Shown piece after piece: positions 31,486 through 41,457 of a stretch of DNA of 64,000 nucleotides. The translations under genes and the position numbers were made by a program. Source of the DNA: Candidatus Marinacidobacterales bacterium (lineage in GTDB: Bacteria; Acidobacteriota; Vicinamibacteria; Marinacidobacterales; DATDRI01); the NCBI GenBank assembly GCA_965226495.1, contig OZ245365.1, forward strand, positions 1,888,001 to 1,952,000. The letters are read 5' to 3'. Every line of letters starts with the position of its first letter. Positions within the stretch are counted from its first letter, which is position 1. The notes beneath the pieces were generated by a model. It did no database searches. It saw nothing but the letters and a program-made list of their open reading frames with translations, and had not been told where the DNA came from.

Positions 31486-32922
31486 CTAGCAGCCCGGTGA
31501 AAAAGTCCCGATTCTGCTCACGGAGAAAGTTTGGTGGGCAAGTTCAAGGAAGATGTGATTCGGCGGAACGGCCAAGTTGAGACGCCCAATGGATTGCAGC
31601 GGGGCAAAACGTGCGCCTATGGTCGAGACGAAGCGCAATAAAGCAGCGATCAGACTGGCGTTGAGCTCCGCGTATTCCTTCGGCGTGGCCTTGCCGATGA
31701 GATTGCGCATCAGAATCCCGAGATTGAATCCGGCCACGTGCGTGAGGAGGCGCTTGAGTATATTTTCGTGTCTTCGCAAATGCGTTCGTCGCATGCCTCC
31801 CGCTTCGAGGTAGTGCGCGAAAGGTCGTTCGAGTAACTCGCCGCGACGGCGTATTAATCGCTTACCTCGAGTCCCGCGAATGCGACGTCGGTTCGCGTAG
31901 GTGGCGGCTTGCTCGGCCTGTTTGTCCTTCCATTTGCGGCCACCTCGCTCTGGCTCCGAAATGTAGCTCCGGTATTCTTGTTCGACCAGCTCAACCAGGA
32001 TGTCGTTGCCGTGATAGCCCTTGTCCCCGACCACTTCGCGACCCGCGTCTTCATGTATTCGTTCACAATATTCCGCGTTGTTCGCGAGCTCTTGCAGATT
32101 TGACTGCGCTTTTTCCAGCGTATCCGGTAGGCTCTTTGTGTCACCCTTCGCGCCTCCGTGAAGCGTCACGGCAATTACCGCACCTTCCCCGCTCATGTCC
32201 ACAGCATGCTCGGCTTTGTGCGCCATATCCGTGCCCCCGCTCTTCATTTTCATGATCTCCGCATCCGGCTCGTTCGGATTCACCCACTCCTTGTTCGACC
32301 CTTTCTTTGGCCGCTTCTTGTCCAACTTCGCAATGTCCGCTCGGCTCGGCTCTTCGATACCACTCTTGCGCGCAAGCTCCTTCAAATACGATTCGTAGCT
32401 TTCCCCCGTGTCTCGACGAACGATTGACCGAAGCGCCGCATTCGCTTCCAGCGTCGTCGCGTCCACACCCAGTGTCTTGCCATCTATCATCCCTCTCGAC
32501 GCTAGAATTTCTAGCACCCATCCAAATACAGATTCGTGAACTTCCAGCGGAAGTCGATTCCGTATCCGAGACAGCGACGAATGGTCCGGCGTTCGCTCTT
32601 CCATTCCAAGGCCAAGAAACTGGCGCAAAGACAGTGAGTCCGAACACCGCCAGCAGATCCCGCGCTCTGAATCGATGCGCTCAAAGTAGCCGATCAACAG
32701 CATTCGAAAATACACACCCGGCGGTATGCTCGGCCGACCTTGCTTCTTCGCGTAATACGGCGAGCATTTCGACTCCACAAACGAGTCAAACTCTTCCTCT
32801 CGAAGTACCCGCTCGAGTTCCTCATAAAAAGGGTGACCAGGACTCGACGCAACCGCATCGTGTGGAATCCATAAAGTCTCTTGGCGACTTTTCTTTTTCT
32901 TCTTCATCGACATGCGATGCAA
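31486..32922 (-). CDS. DUF772 + DDE transposase
   Basis: GRPSIPP, SERGI, PDHSSLSR, VDATTLEANA, GDKGY, ERPFAH. Confidence 0.9.
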   Translation of the reverse strand: MHRMSMKKKKKSRQETLWIPHDAVASSPGHPFYEELERVLREEEFDSFVESKCSPYYAKKQGRPSIPPGVYFRMLLIGYFERIDSERGICWRCSDSLSLRQFLGLGMEERTPDHSSLSRIRNRLPLEVHESVFGWVLEILASRGMIDGKTLGVDATTLEANAALRSIVRRDTGESYESYLKELARKSGIEEPSRADIAKLDKKRPKKGSNKEWVNPNEPDAEIMKMKSGGTDMAHKAEHAVDMSGEGAVIAVTLHGGAKGDTKSLPDTLEKAQSNLQELANNAEYCERIHEDAGREVVGDKGYHGNDILVELVEQEYRSYISEPERGGRKWKDKQAEQAATYANRRRIRGTRGKRLIRRRGELLERPFAHYLEAGGMRRTHLRRHENILKRLLTHVAGFNLGILMRNLIGKATPKEYAELNASLIAALLRFVSTIGARFAPLQSIGRLNLAVPPNHIFLELAHQTFSVSRIGTFSPGC

Positions 32923-32990
32923 TTTTACATCGTCATCGAATGAGTCTTCAGAGAAATATCGCGGCCGAATACGACTTTTTCAACGGGCTG
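31490..32990 (-). mobile_element. IS1182/IS5-like element with CTAG target duplication
   Basis: IRs cagcccggtgaaaaagtc / gactttttcaacgggctg, flanked by CTAG at 31486 and 32991. Confidence 0.9.
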
Positions 32991-34021
32991 CTAGTGATGG
33001 ATGCTACCGGCCGAGCAAGGCCATCGAGAGAACGAACGGACGACGCTCGCGGTCTCGCCGGAACCAGTACTTCACAAAGGCCGACTTTGCCCTGGTGGAG
33101 AAGAAGCTTAAGGCCGACTGGAGCCCAGAGCAGATCTCCGGCCACCTGCGCCTTCACGGCGAGCTCTCGATCAGCCACGAGACGATCTACACCCACGTTT
33201 GGCGGGACAAGGAGGCCGGAGGACATCTATACCGCCACCTTCGGTGCTCGCCCAAACTTAGACGCAAGCGCCACAACAGCTACGACAGCCGAGGCCGCCT
33301 GGCCGGGAAGCGTCACATCTCCGAGCGGCCGTCTTGTATCGACAAGCGCCGTGCCGTTGGCCACTGGGAGATTGACACCGTGGTAGGAAAAGACGCGCCG
33401 GACTGCGTCACCACGCTCGTGGAACGAAAGACGGGCTTTGCGCTGATCGGCAAGCTGTCCGACCGCAGCATGTTCGGCACTAGCCAGCGAACGAAGATGT
33501 TGCTCCGGCGGGTGCCGGAGCAGGTCAAGACGATCACCGCGGACAATGGCACGGAGTTCCACGACTACGAATCCGTCGAGGAAGCGACCGGCGTCAAGTT
33601 CTACTTCGCAACTCCCTATCACTCATGGGAGAGAGGCAGCAACGAGAACTTCAATGGCCTGCTACGACAATACCTGCCGAAGCGCACCAGCCAAGCAGCG
33701 CTCACGCAACGCCACTGCGATCGTATCGCAAACAAGCTCAACTCACGGCCCCGCAAGAGGCTCGGCTACCGCACACCGGAGGAACGTTTCCGTGGGCTCT
33801 AACGAATGGTGCGCTTCAAACTTGAAGTCACAAGGAGCTCCCCAGCAACTGCCGCTTTTCTCGAGGCACCTCCGCCCAACGAGTCCGACGGTCTCCATCC
33901 AGTGACTTAGCGGAACTCCAAGCGGCGAAACTCCCAGAAGAAAAATCTGACCTCAAACTACGTCCCGGAGGCATCGGGAGTGAGCGTATAGCCGAGAGCA
34001 TTGGCCGCACTTCGTAAACTG

Positions 34022-35276
34022 CTATGGAGCTCGAGGCAGCGGTGACCTGGGCGCCGGCACTTCCTGACGCCCCCGTCTTTCATCGATCTTCCGCCTCTTA
34101 TCGATCTTCTGTTGGATGAATTCCGCCCCGTAGACATGTTCGGCCGCCAAGCGATTATGGGGAGGGCACAAGAGACGAAGGAATCGCTCGTCGTGGCTGC
34201 GAAAGATGGCAAACGGCCGCTCGTGTTCCACCTGAAGACCGGTCCGCGACCGACATCGCCTCCCATCAACGCTTTTGTATTCGCATTGGTGGTTCCCACG
34301 GGCATGGACCCGCTCGACGGCCTCGGAGGGAATGTATCGCGACCTCGACGGCTTGTCTTCCATGTCCGGCACGCCCGGCCCGACATCATCCGACACCTCG
34401 TCTGGACGAGGTACGGCTTGGGTGGCCTTTTGCCTCGCCTTCCGCCGCTCGAGCTTCCTGTTGGGGTCTTTCTTATCGAGGGCAACGTCCAGAGCCTGCT
34501 CCAAGATCTCCGCCATATGCTTTTGAGCATTCTCCACACCCATGACTTCGGCGAGTCGCTCGAACTTCTCTTTGAAGCTCCGGTTGGCCGAGAACCTGAA
34601 ATTGAACACGGCGGGTCGGGCTGGCTGGAGGATGTTGGGCGAGCTCGGCGACCGCTGGCGCTCGCTCATCGTCAACTCGCGCGGAGGGGCCGTTGGTCTT
34701 TCCGCTGGCGCCGGCTCCATGGCCAGCGGCCGGGCGGGGCGTCTTCGGATCGACGGCTCGAACACCGGTTGGGGCTCGACGCGAACGAGATACTCTAGCA
34801 CCGCTTTCTTGGTCATCCCGGCGCAATCCGCAAGGAGCTTATCGACATTGCTCTCTGTCAGGACGGGCGTGAGGAGCCCTCAGCCCGAGCGTAGGGCGAG
34901 GCCATCGCCGAGTCCCGAAGCGAGAAGCCGTGGGGGTGGGGCCCCGCGGCACTTATGGAAGACCCGCAACCGTGAGACTGATACGGTTCTCGGCCAGCGC
35001 GACGAGGAGCTGAGGGAAGCGAATCGAAACATTCGCGACATGGATTCGCGATGCGACCGAGCCTTCGCTCAGATGAAGCCGCTCGACGCAATAGTGAAAC
35101 GTGCTCTTGTAACCGAGCTCGAGTGCGACCTTCCGCCTCGACATCTCGGCGATATGGGCGATGAGCTGGGCCACGTTTTGTTTCTCGGCGCAGACCAATG
35201 TCTCCGCCGAACGATCCAGCTCGCCGTCAGACAGACGTTCGAGCTTTCCGAAGTAGCTCTTGAATCTTTCGAGCAT
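34022..35276 (-). pseudogene. DUF222-like/HNH endonuclease interrupted by a ~80-bp repeat element
   Basis: N-part (LGYKSTFHYCVERLHLSEG) stops at 34953; resumes LLTPVLTESNV; C-terminal CEY...C...LQVEHERP...LLCPPHN. Confidence 0.75.
34927..34950. repeat. 24-bp GC-rich repeat core
   Basis: gccgtgggggtggggccccgcggc, identical to 45743-45766. Confidence 0.7.
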
Positions 35277-35752
35277 CGTCTTCCCCCCAAAGAGTTAGTA
35301 ACCAAATTATACTCCGGGGTTTTAGAACGCCCGCAGGTGGCGTAAGGAAGGTGACGACCGATCGGAATGAAACGAAAATCAAAATGGCGTGGTGAATGCT
35401 GCAGGACGCTAGGTAGCAAACGTGAGCGATGTTTTTGAAGGCGGCGTCATCGCGATGCAATTTGTCGCACGAAAGCTGTCAAGCTTTTTTTTGAACATTT
35501 TTTTCGAGTCTTGACGAACCAGTCATCGACGGCCGGAAAAAGGGTTCGCTGCCGGCGCCTTCACCCACAACCCTCTTATCAGCTCAGGTAGTTTCTCGCC
35601 TGATCGTCATGCTCGTGGGTTTGAGCTCGCTCTGGGCTTGTCCGGTACGCACGAGCGTTTGCACGAGTGATGCGGTGCCGGTGTACGGTCCACCGCTTGA
35701 GGCATCTCGCCGAACGTTGGGCTGTCATACTGCGCGTCCCTTGAACGGCTCG

Positions 35753-36283
35753 TCAATCGCGGAAGGCTTGCTTTGCGACTCTCTCGTAGACTTTTCGGTT
35801 TCCGTCTGAAAAGCAGCAGAACACTACTCTCTCCGGTAGGCGGTTCGCTTCGAGCCAGTCACGGACCGTGATCTGGGCGATCTCCGCTGCCTTGTCGATC
35901 GGGAAACGGTAGGCACCGGTCGAGATGGAAGGAAAGGCGATGCTCTGGAGGTCATGGCCTAGCGCAAGCTCGAGGCTCCGCCGGTAGCAGCTCGCCAGAA
36001 GCTCGGGCTCACGCCTCTTGCCGCCGCTCCATACGGGACCGACGGCGTGAATGACATATTTCGCGAGCAGGGCATAACCTTTCGTGATCTTGGCCTCGCC
36101 GGTAGCCGCGCCACCGAGCGTTTTACATTCCGCGAGTAGCTCCGGGCCCGCGGTCCGATGGATGGCGCCGTCGACGCCGCCCCCGCCAAGCAAAGACGTG
36201 TTGGCCGCGTTGACGATGGCGTCTACATCGAGCTCGGTGATATCGCCCTGTGCGATCTCGACGCGACCGCCTATGTAGGGCAT
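35753..36283 (-). CDS. ymdB: Macrodomain O-acetyl-ADP-ribose deacetylase
   Basis: [43 protein letters not shown]. Confidence 0.93.
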   Translation of the reverse strand: MPYIGGRVEIAQGDITELDVDAIVNAANTSLLGGGGVDGAIHRTAGPELLAECKTLGGAATGEAKITKGYALLAKYVIHAVGPVWSGGKRREPELLASCYRRSLELALGHDLQSIAFPSISTGAYRFPIDKAAEIAQITVRDWLEANRLPERVVFCCFSDGNRKVYERVAKQAFRD

Positions 36284-36393
36284 GGCAGTTCGACTTTATG
36301 ACCGCCGCGAACTGCCGTCAAACCGTAGAGGCTCCTTGATTGTTAGTGCGCGTCGGGATCTGAGCTCGGTTTGTCTCATGAGGAGGACTCGAC

Positions 36394-37169
36394 ATGAGAA
36401 ACATCGCGATCGTCGGGGCTGGGCAAGCCGGCCTTCTGGCCGCGCACGCGCTTCACAAGAAAGGCTATGACATCACACTTTTCTCCGACAAGACATCCGA
36501 AGTTTTCCTGACCAAAACCAGACCGACGGGATCGGCGGGTCGATTCGACATGTCTCTCGATACGGGACGACGAGCAAATAGCGAGTTGTGTGGAGCGCAC
36601 CGTTGCCGCTCTGGGCGGTGTAGATTTTCTCGTCAACCTGGCCTGCGTCTACACCGACGAGGGGGTTGCCACGAGCCGCAAAGATTTCCTCGACGCTTTC
36701 AATGTCAACGTCGTCGGCGGAACCATCCTGCTCCAGCAGGCCCGCCCGCACATGGCGAAGCGGGGCGGTGGAGCGGTCGTCAACTTTGGCAGCGTCAGCG
36801 GCAAGTTGGCGCAACCGGGGCGGTGTGCTTACCCGGTGACGAAGGCGTCGATGCTCCAGATCACGCGCAGCCAAGCCCTGGAGTTGGCCGCCGACGGTAT
36901 TCGAGTGAACTCGGTCTCGCCGGGTTGGATTTGGTGCCGGCTCATGGACGAGTGGACCCCACGGCGATCGCGCCAAGACCGACACGGTTGGAGGGCGATT
37001 TCACATCTTGGGTCGGGTCGGGAATCCGGATGAAGTCGCGCAAACCGTGTTGTTTCTTTGTTCCGATCACGCTTCGTTCATCACCGGGACCGATGTGGCG
37101 GTAGACGGCGGCTACACGGCGATGGGACCGGAGCGAGCCGACGCCGCCATCCCCGAGCTGATGTCGTAG
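36394..37169 (+). pseudogene. Fusion remnant: StyA/IifC-like monooxygenase N-terminus joined to IifB-like SDR C-terminus
   Basis: MRNIAIVGAGQAGL for ~57 aa, then in another frame [22 protein letters not shown], frameshift, [13 protein letters not shown]. Confidence 0.7.
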
Positions 37170-37174
37170 AAGGG

Positions 37175-37876
37175 TTATTTGGTCACGCGAAGGCTCGGCC
37201 CGTCGGGTAGCTGAAGCGTCTTACCGTCGAACGTGGCTTCGAACGTCTCGTCCGCGGCGTAGTGGGTTTTATCGGCTTGGACGGAGAACCAACGCAGAGC
37301 ATCGAGTCGGAGCGCGTTTCCCTTTCGTTGGTAGTTACCGGAACCCGCCAACCAATCTCCGTCGGCTCCACCGGGGTTCGTCACTAGCACGAAGTGTTCG
37401 TCGGTGAGAGCGAGCATGCCATGGTCCAAGGTGATGAGCTTCGTTTTCGTGGTGGGGACCTGGACGAGTTTTTCCGTTGCCCCGTTGTCGAAACTGAGGA
37501 GGAGACTGCCGCCCGAACGCTTGTAGCCGACTTCATGGCTAGTACCGGACCGTCCCGCCAGGAGAGTGTCTCCCGCCGGTGTGACCACAATGCCGGTTTC
37601 AACGTCGAACTGCACGACGCCACCTGATTTGAGTTGGTACCTGCCGATATGGGCGTCGGTGAGTTGACGTTCCATGGGCTCGCTGCCGTGCATCGCTTGA
37701 TGTACGAACCGGCCATCGTGGAAGAGGAATAGTCCCACCAACGGCTTGACGCCATGCTCCGGCCTATCGAACGACTCGTAAGACCAAAGCCCCGCGATAT
37801 CGTCGCCGAACGCCATAGATGCTAGAGGGGGTAACAACAGCCAACAGGTCAGAGCAAGCACGGACTTTGTTTTCAT
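37175..37876 (-). CDS. Secreted hypothetical protein (lipocalin-like repeats possible)
   Basis: Signal peptide MKTKSVLAL...AFG; DIAGLWSY; two similar halves. Confidence 0.65.
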   Translation of the reverse strand: MKTKSVLALTCWLLLPPLASMAFGDDIAGLWSYESFDRPEHGVKPLVGLFLFHDGRFVHQAMHGSEPMERQLTDAHIGRYQLKSGGVVQFDVETGIVVTPAGDTLLAGRSGTSHEVGYKRSGGSLLLSFDNGATEKLVQVPTTKTKLITLDHGMLALTDEHFVLVTNPGGADGDWLAGSGNYQRKGNALRLDALRWFSVQADKTHYAADETFEATFDGKTLQLPDGPSLRVTK

Positions 37877-38038
37877 GTGGCCGGTTATATCACGTCTAAG
37901 GAAGCGCTCTAGTTCGTATTTAGACAACCGCTCGCAGCTTCATTTAGCGACGCCTTCGAGCTTATTCCAATATCGGAGTCATGATTACGTACGAGGATAG
38001 CTTCTTCGTCCTTCCCGTTATGACCCTTCGCAGAGGGT

Positions 38039-38117
38039 CAGGGTTACATTTCTGTAAGACTTTCCGTGCAGTTCAACGTGCAGGGTTACATTTCTGTAAG
38101 ACTTTCCGTGCAGTTCA
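38039..38117. repeat. Tandem duplication, 42-bp period
   Basis: cagggttacatttctgtaagactttccgtgcagttca at 38039 and 38081. Confidence 0.85.
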
Positions 38118-38347
38118 TAAATGCGCATCCCACGGACGTCGCGGTAGTTCAATCCCGCAAAGTTGAAAGTGATATCGATGTAACCGCTTTCCTCGAGGCT
38201 GCCCGTGAATTCAAACTGGAGCGTTTTATTTCCCTGAAAAACGGCGTCCCCGTCATGGGGACAGAAAAGGAGAACCATACATCAACCAAGCAGGGTGATC
38301 GTCCGGTCGGGAGCTCGTATCCGCGGTGAATACGAGAAAGATTGTAC

Positions 38348-40318
38348 GATGTCGACGCGTGACATTGAGGCGACGTTCGCGGACGTGCTGAGCGGCACGG
38401 GTGTCTCGAATCGATGTCGTTTTCAATCTTGAGGGTCGCCTTGCCGCCTTTGGCAAGATTCTTAAAAACTAACCACGCGACCCCCTGGAAATCCACTGCC
38501 GAGTACCGGCCGGACTTGACCGTGGCCGGCTGTAGCTCAGGGACGCTGAGGTCGAGTTCCATAGCGTTCAACCCCCGCGCCAATGTTTCTACCAAGCGGG
38601 GTGTCAGTTTTTTCGATCCTTCCGTTTTTTGCAGGATGAACTCTTTCATCTCTTTGTTGAAATAAGTTCCGGTTGGAACTTCCGCAAACAAGTTACGCAA
38701 CTGGCTTAGGGAAGTGTCTGCAACTTCCTCTCCGGCGATGGAGAGCAAAACCCTGTAGCTGGAGAGCAAAACCCCCGAATTCTTTGTACATTTCTGAGTG
38801 ATATGGTGGGCCGGCGTGTGAACTCGAGCTGCTTCGACTGAAGTGTTCGCAACCGTAACAGCAAGGACCTGAAGTGGGACAAGCGTCGACGTCTTCTTCT
38901 TCTTGATGGTGCGCTTCGGCGGCAATATGCCAAAAGCTGTCGCAAACCAACTTAGGGAGTTCGGTCCATGAAGTGAATACCGCCCTACAACGTGATTTAT
39001 AGTATCCCCCCCCAGAACTGCCTGCATAGAATGGGCTGCCTTCAGGATCGCAGCTCCCTGGATTACTATCGAGAACACCGTGGTCGTAGAGTAGGTGATT
39101 GTTTTGCGATTCATAGAAACTTACGTGCAGGTTATTGCAGGGATCGACGGCAAGGGATAGGTATTCTTCGCCATACCATTCCCAGTCTGATTCGTAGATC
39201 GTTTCCCCCGTCCATGAGCCATTTTTCTTGACGTACCAAGGAGACATCACATCCCCGCCTCGAAGCAGGATGATCGGAGATCCGTTCGAATCAACTGCAA
39301 CCATGGCCGAAAAATAGATACTTTCGGGAAAGTACGGATCGCTCAAGTCAACTGACTCTGGTGTGCTCCAAGAGCTGCCTGTGTTGGCGAGGTAATAAAG
39401 CCTACTTGGAGGGTGTGGTGGTGGGACACCGAAGCTGGTCCCCACGATATAGCTGAGGTGATGTGTGCCGTCTCGCAGAACGGATGAAAGACTGTGGACC
39501 CTGTCGTTAGTATTGAAATCTCCTATGGTCTCTTCGCTCCAGTCACCGTTGGCAACAGAGTACGAAAGACGACGCAGCTGATTAAACATAGAATCATGAA
39601 ATACAACATGCACGTTGGGAGGAGGAAAGACGCTCGGTTGATCGATAACTAGCTGGGCCCCTGACGAAGTCCGAACCGAAATCCCATTCTGTCGAACGAA
39701 AGGCACTAGCGCCCAAGAATATGGATAAACTGTAGAACGGTCTTCGAAAGCAAGCTTGAGCTCTTGCCCCTCCGTGTATGCGACGTAAGGGTGTCCCTGT
39801 CGATCCGCGGAGATTGAAAGCGCAAGGGCGAAAGGATAGTTGCCGGTATCTATCGTCTGAATCGACCAGCTGGTGCCTGTTTTTTTCGCGTATTTTAGGG
39901 CCCCATTCACAACGTCGCTATAAGCGAAGTGGGCCCGCCCTTTACGATCGATGTGGATGGCGATAGCGTTGCCTCCGACAGACGGCGAGGAGTCCACCGT
40001 CTCGGTAATCCAATTACCGGACTCGTTCAAGTAGGCGTGTTTCAGTTCACCATTCGTCGCATCGTAGTAGGCAATGTGGACGTGATTGTTTTTGGGGTTG
40101 ACCGCGATCGCACTGTGGAGACCGACGTCAGCGACGGCATCGACGGCATCGACGGTTGTGACTTCAAACGTGTACTGTGCGAAGCTCGCCTGCGGAATCC
40201 CAACGACAACTGACAGCTTAATAAGAAAAACACTCCGACAGACGGCGAGAAATGGCGACAACTCTACTGGTCTGCTCCCTAATCCGCGAACGTCGCCTCA
40301 ATGTCACGCGTCGACATC
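38348..40318. mobile_element. ~1.97-kb cassette bounded by perfect 36-bp inverted repeats; no transposase
   Basis: gatgtcgacgcgtgacattgaggcgacgttcgcgga (38348-38383) and its exact reverse complement (40283-40318). Confidence 0.65.
38693..40261 (-). CDS. Secreted beta-propeller-like repeat protein; 3' end uncertain
   Basis: Repeats of HIAYYD..NGELKHA...W..ETVD; tail overlaps a second ORF (38149-39114), so a frameshift is possible. Confidence 0.6.
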   Translation of the reverse strand: MSPFLAVCRSVFLIKLSVVVGIPQASFAQYTFEVTTVDAVDAVADVGLHSAIAVNPKNNHVHIAYYDATNGELKHAYLNESGNWITETVDSSPSVGGNAIAIHIDRKGRAHFAYSDVVNGALKYAKKTGTSWSIQTIDTGNYPFALALSISADRQGHPYVAYTEGQELKLAFEDRSTVYPYSWALVPFVRQNGISVRTSSGAQLVIDQPSVFPPPNVHVVFHDSMFNQLRRLSYSVANGDWSEETIGDFNTNDRVHSLSSVLRDGTHHLSYIVGTSFGVPPPHPPSRLYYLANTGSSWSTPESVDLSDPYFPESIYFSAMVAVDSNGSPIILLRGGDVMSPWYVKKNGSWTGETIYESDWEWYGEEYLSLAVDPCNNLHVSFYESQNNHLLYDHGVLDSNPGSCDPEGSPFYAGSSGGGYYKSRCRAVFTSWTELPKLVCDSFWHIAAEAHHQEEEDVDACPTSGPCCYGCEHFSRSSSSSHAGPPYHSEMYKEFGGFALQLQGFALHRRRGSCRHFPKPVA

Positions 40319-40561
40319 CCGTGGAAATGGCGCCTGATTGCCGTTACCGCTCCCTCGCCCGTGAGGACCCATGGCACCCCTCCTTCGTCGCGGATTAGAG
40401 TTCAAACTTGAGCCCCCAATATCAACTTAGCTTGGGACGAAATCATACGCGGGTCGCTGTCTGCGTTCAAGCTTTGCGGTCTTGCGGCTCGGGGACATCT
40501 TGGACACGGCTAACCTAGGTAAAGGTTACAGGAAATTATGGGACTCTGATGGTGGGCCGTG

Positions 40562-41224
40562 TTAGCGGGAGACGATTTCGAGAAGCGTCGTATCATCCAG
40601 CCGGTGCCCGCCTTCGAAGCTTTTCTCCTCGAACGGGACGCCGAGTCGGTCGAGGCGCTCTCGGAGCTCGTCGCGGCGTGACTGCGTGAAGAACTCGTCG
40701 CGCGTGCCGCCGACGATCGTCAATTGTATCGCGCGAAGGCGTTTCAGACTTTCGTCGTCCTCGAGCTCCGGCGGGAGGCTCTCCCCCCAAATGATTAGCC
40801 TCGCCGCGTCGACCGAGCCTCGGCACGCCCACCGCGCTGCGGTAGCCGCTCCTTGCGAGAAACCGAGGACGGTAATGTGCGCGGACGCGCCATGGATCCG
40901 AGAGAAAACCTCCGTCTTAACGGCATCGAGGTACTTCAGGTAATCACGCATCTCGTTTTCACGGTCCTCGCGGGTTATCCAGGAGGCACCAACCTTTTGA
41001 TGTGTCCCGTCCACATAGAACCGCGAAAGCGCCTCGGGAGCTACCAAGAGCCTTGTCCCGTCGTCGAGCACCGAGAGTCCTTGGACAAAGGGGGCGGCGA
41101 GCTCTCCGTACCCGTGGCAGACGAACCAGACCTCGGAGGGTTGTGCTGTGGACCCCATCGTGACGAAGCGTGCGGTGCGTTCGACGGTGACGTAGTGCTC
41201 GAAAGTGTTGCGGGAACGAGACAT
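40562..41224 (-). CDS. Phospholipase/carboxylesterase-family alpha/beta hydrolase
   Basis: HGYG, GFSQGA nucleophile elbow, GTRD, FEGGH. Confidence 0.9.
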   Translation of the reverse strand: MSRSRNTFEHYVTVERTARFVTMGSTAQPSEVWFVCHGYGELAAPFVQGLSVLDDGTRLLVAPEALSRFYVDGTHQKVGASWITREDRENEMRDYLKYLDAVKTEVFSRIHGASAHITVLGFSQGAATAARWACRGSVDAARLIIWGESLPPELEDDESLKRLRAIQLTIVGGTRDEFFTQSRRDELRERLDRLGVPFEEKSFEGGHRLDDTTLLEIVSR

Positions 41225-41457
41225 CTTCTATATTTTATACGAAGAAGGAGAAGGCTGAGACGTCCGGCGGAACCGGAATCGAGAACCGGTCAATCAGGCG
41301 CTTGTCTTGATTAGTGCTTCCCCTCACTGGCCTGGATGTGCTAGTTTCGGCGTCCAGATAGGCAAGAGTCAGCCGGCATTGAGGATTCTTCCTCGTTTTA
41401 TTGGGTAGCCGCGATCGACATTCCTATCTTCCTACATTCGGAGAAGAAAGAGCCCTT

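Larger units (their letters stand above)
31251..33831 (+). mobile_element. IS30-family element interrupted by a second IS
   Basis: HTH MTYYQITSEERY...STISREVRRN (31344-31489) rejoins in frame with DGCYRP...WSPEQI, GHWEIDT, DNGTEF, ERGSNEN (to 33802); imperfect IRs at ~31253 and ~33809-33830. Confidence 0.88.

Noticed and set aside
34022-36283. HNH + macrodomain as an anti-phage or ADP-ribosylation system
   Set aside because: The HNH gene is interrupted, the macrodomain looks like a standard YmdB type, they are ~480 bp apart, and no ADP-ribosyltransferase is present.
38039-38117. 37-bp repeat pair as a mini-CRISPR
   Set aside because: Only 5 bp between copies, two units, no cas genes; it is a tandem duplication.
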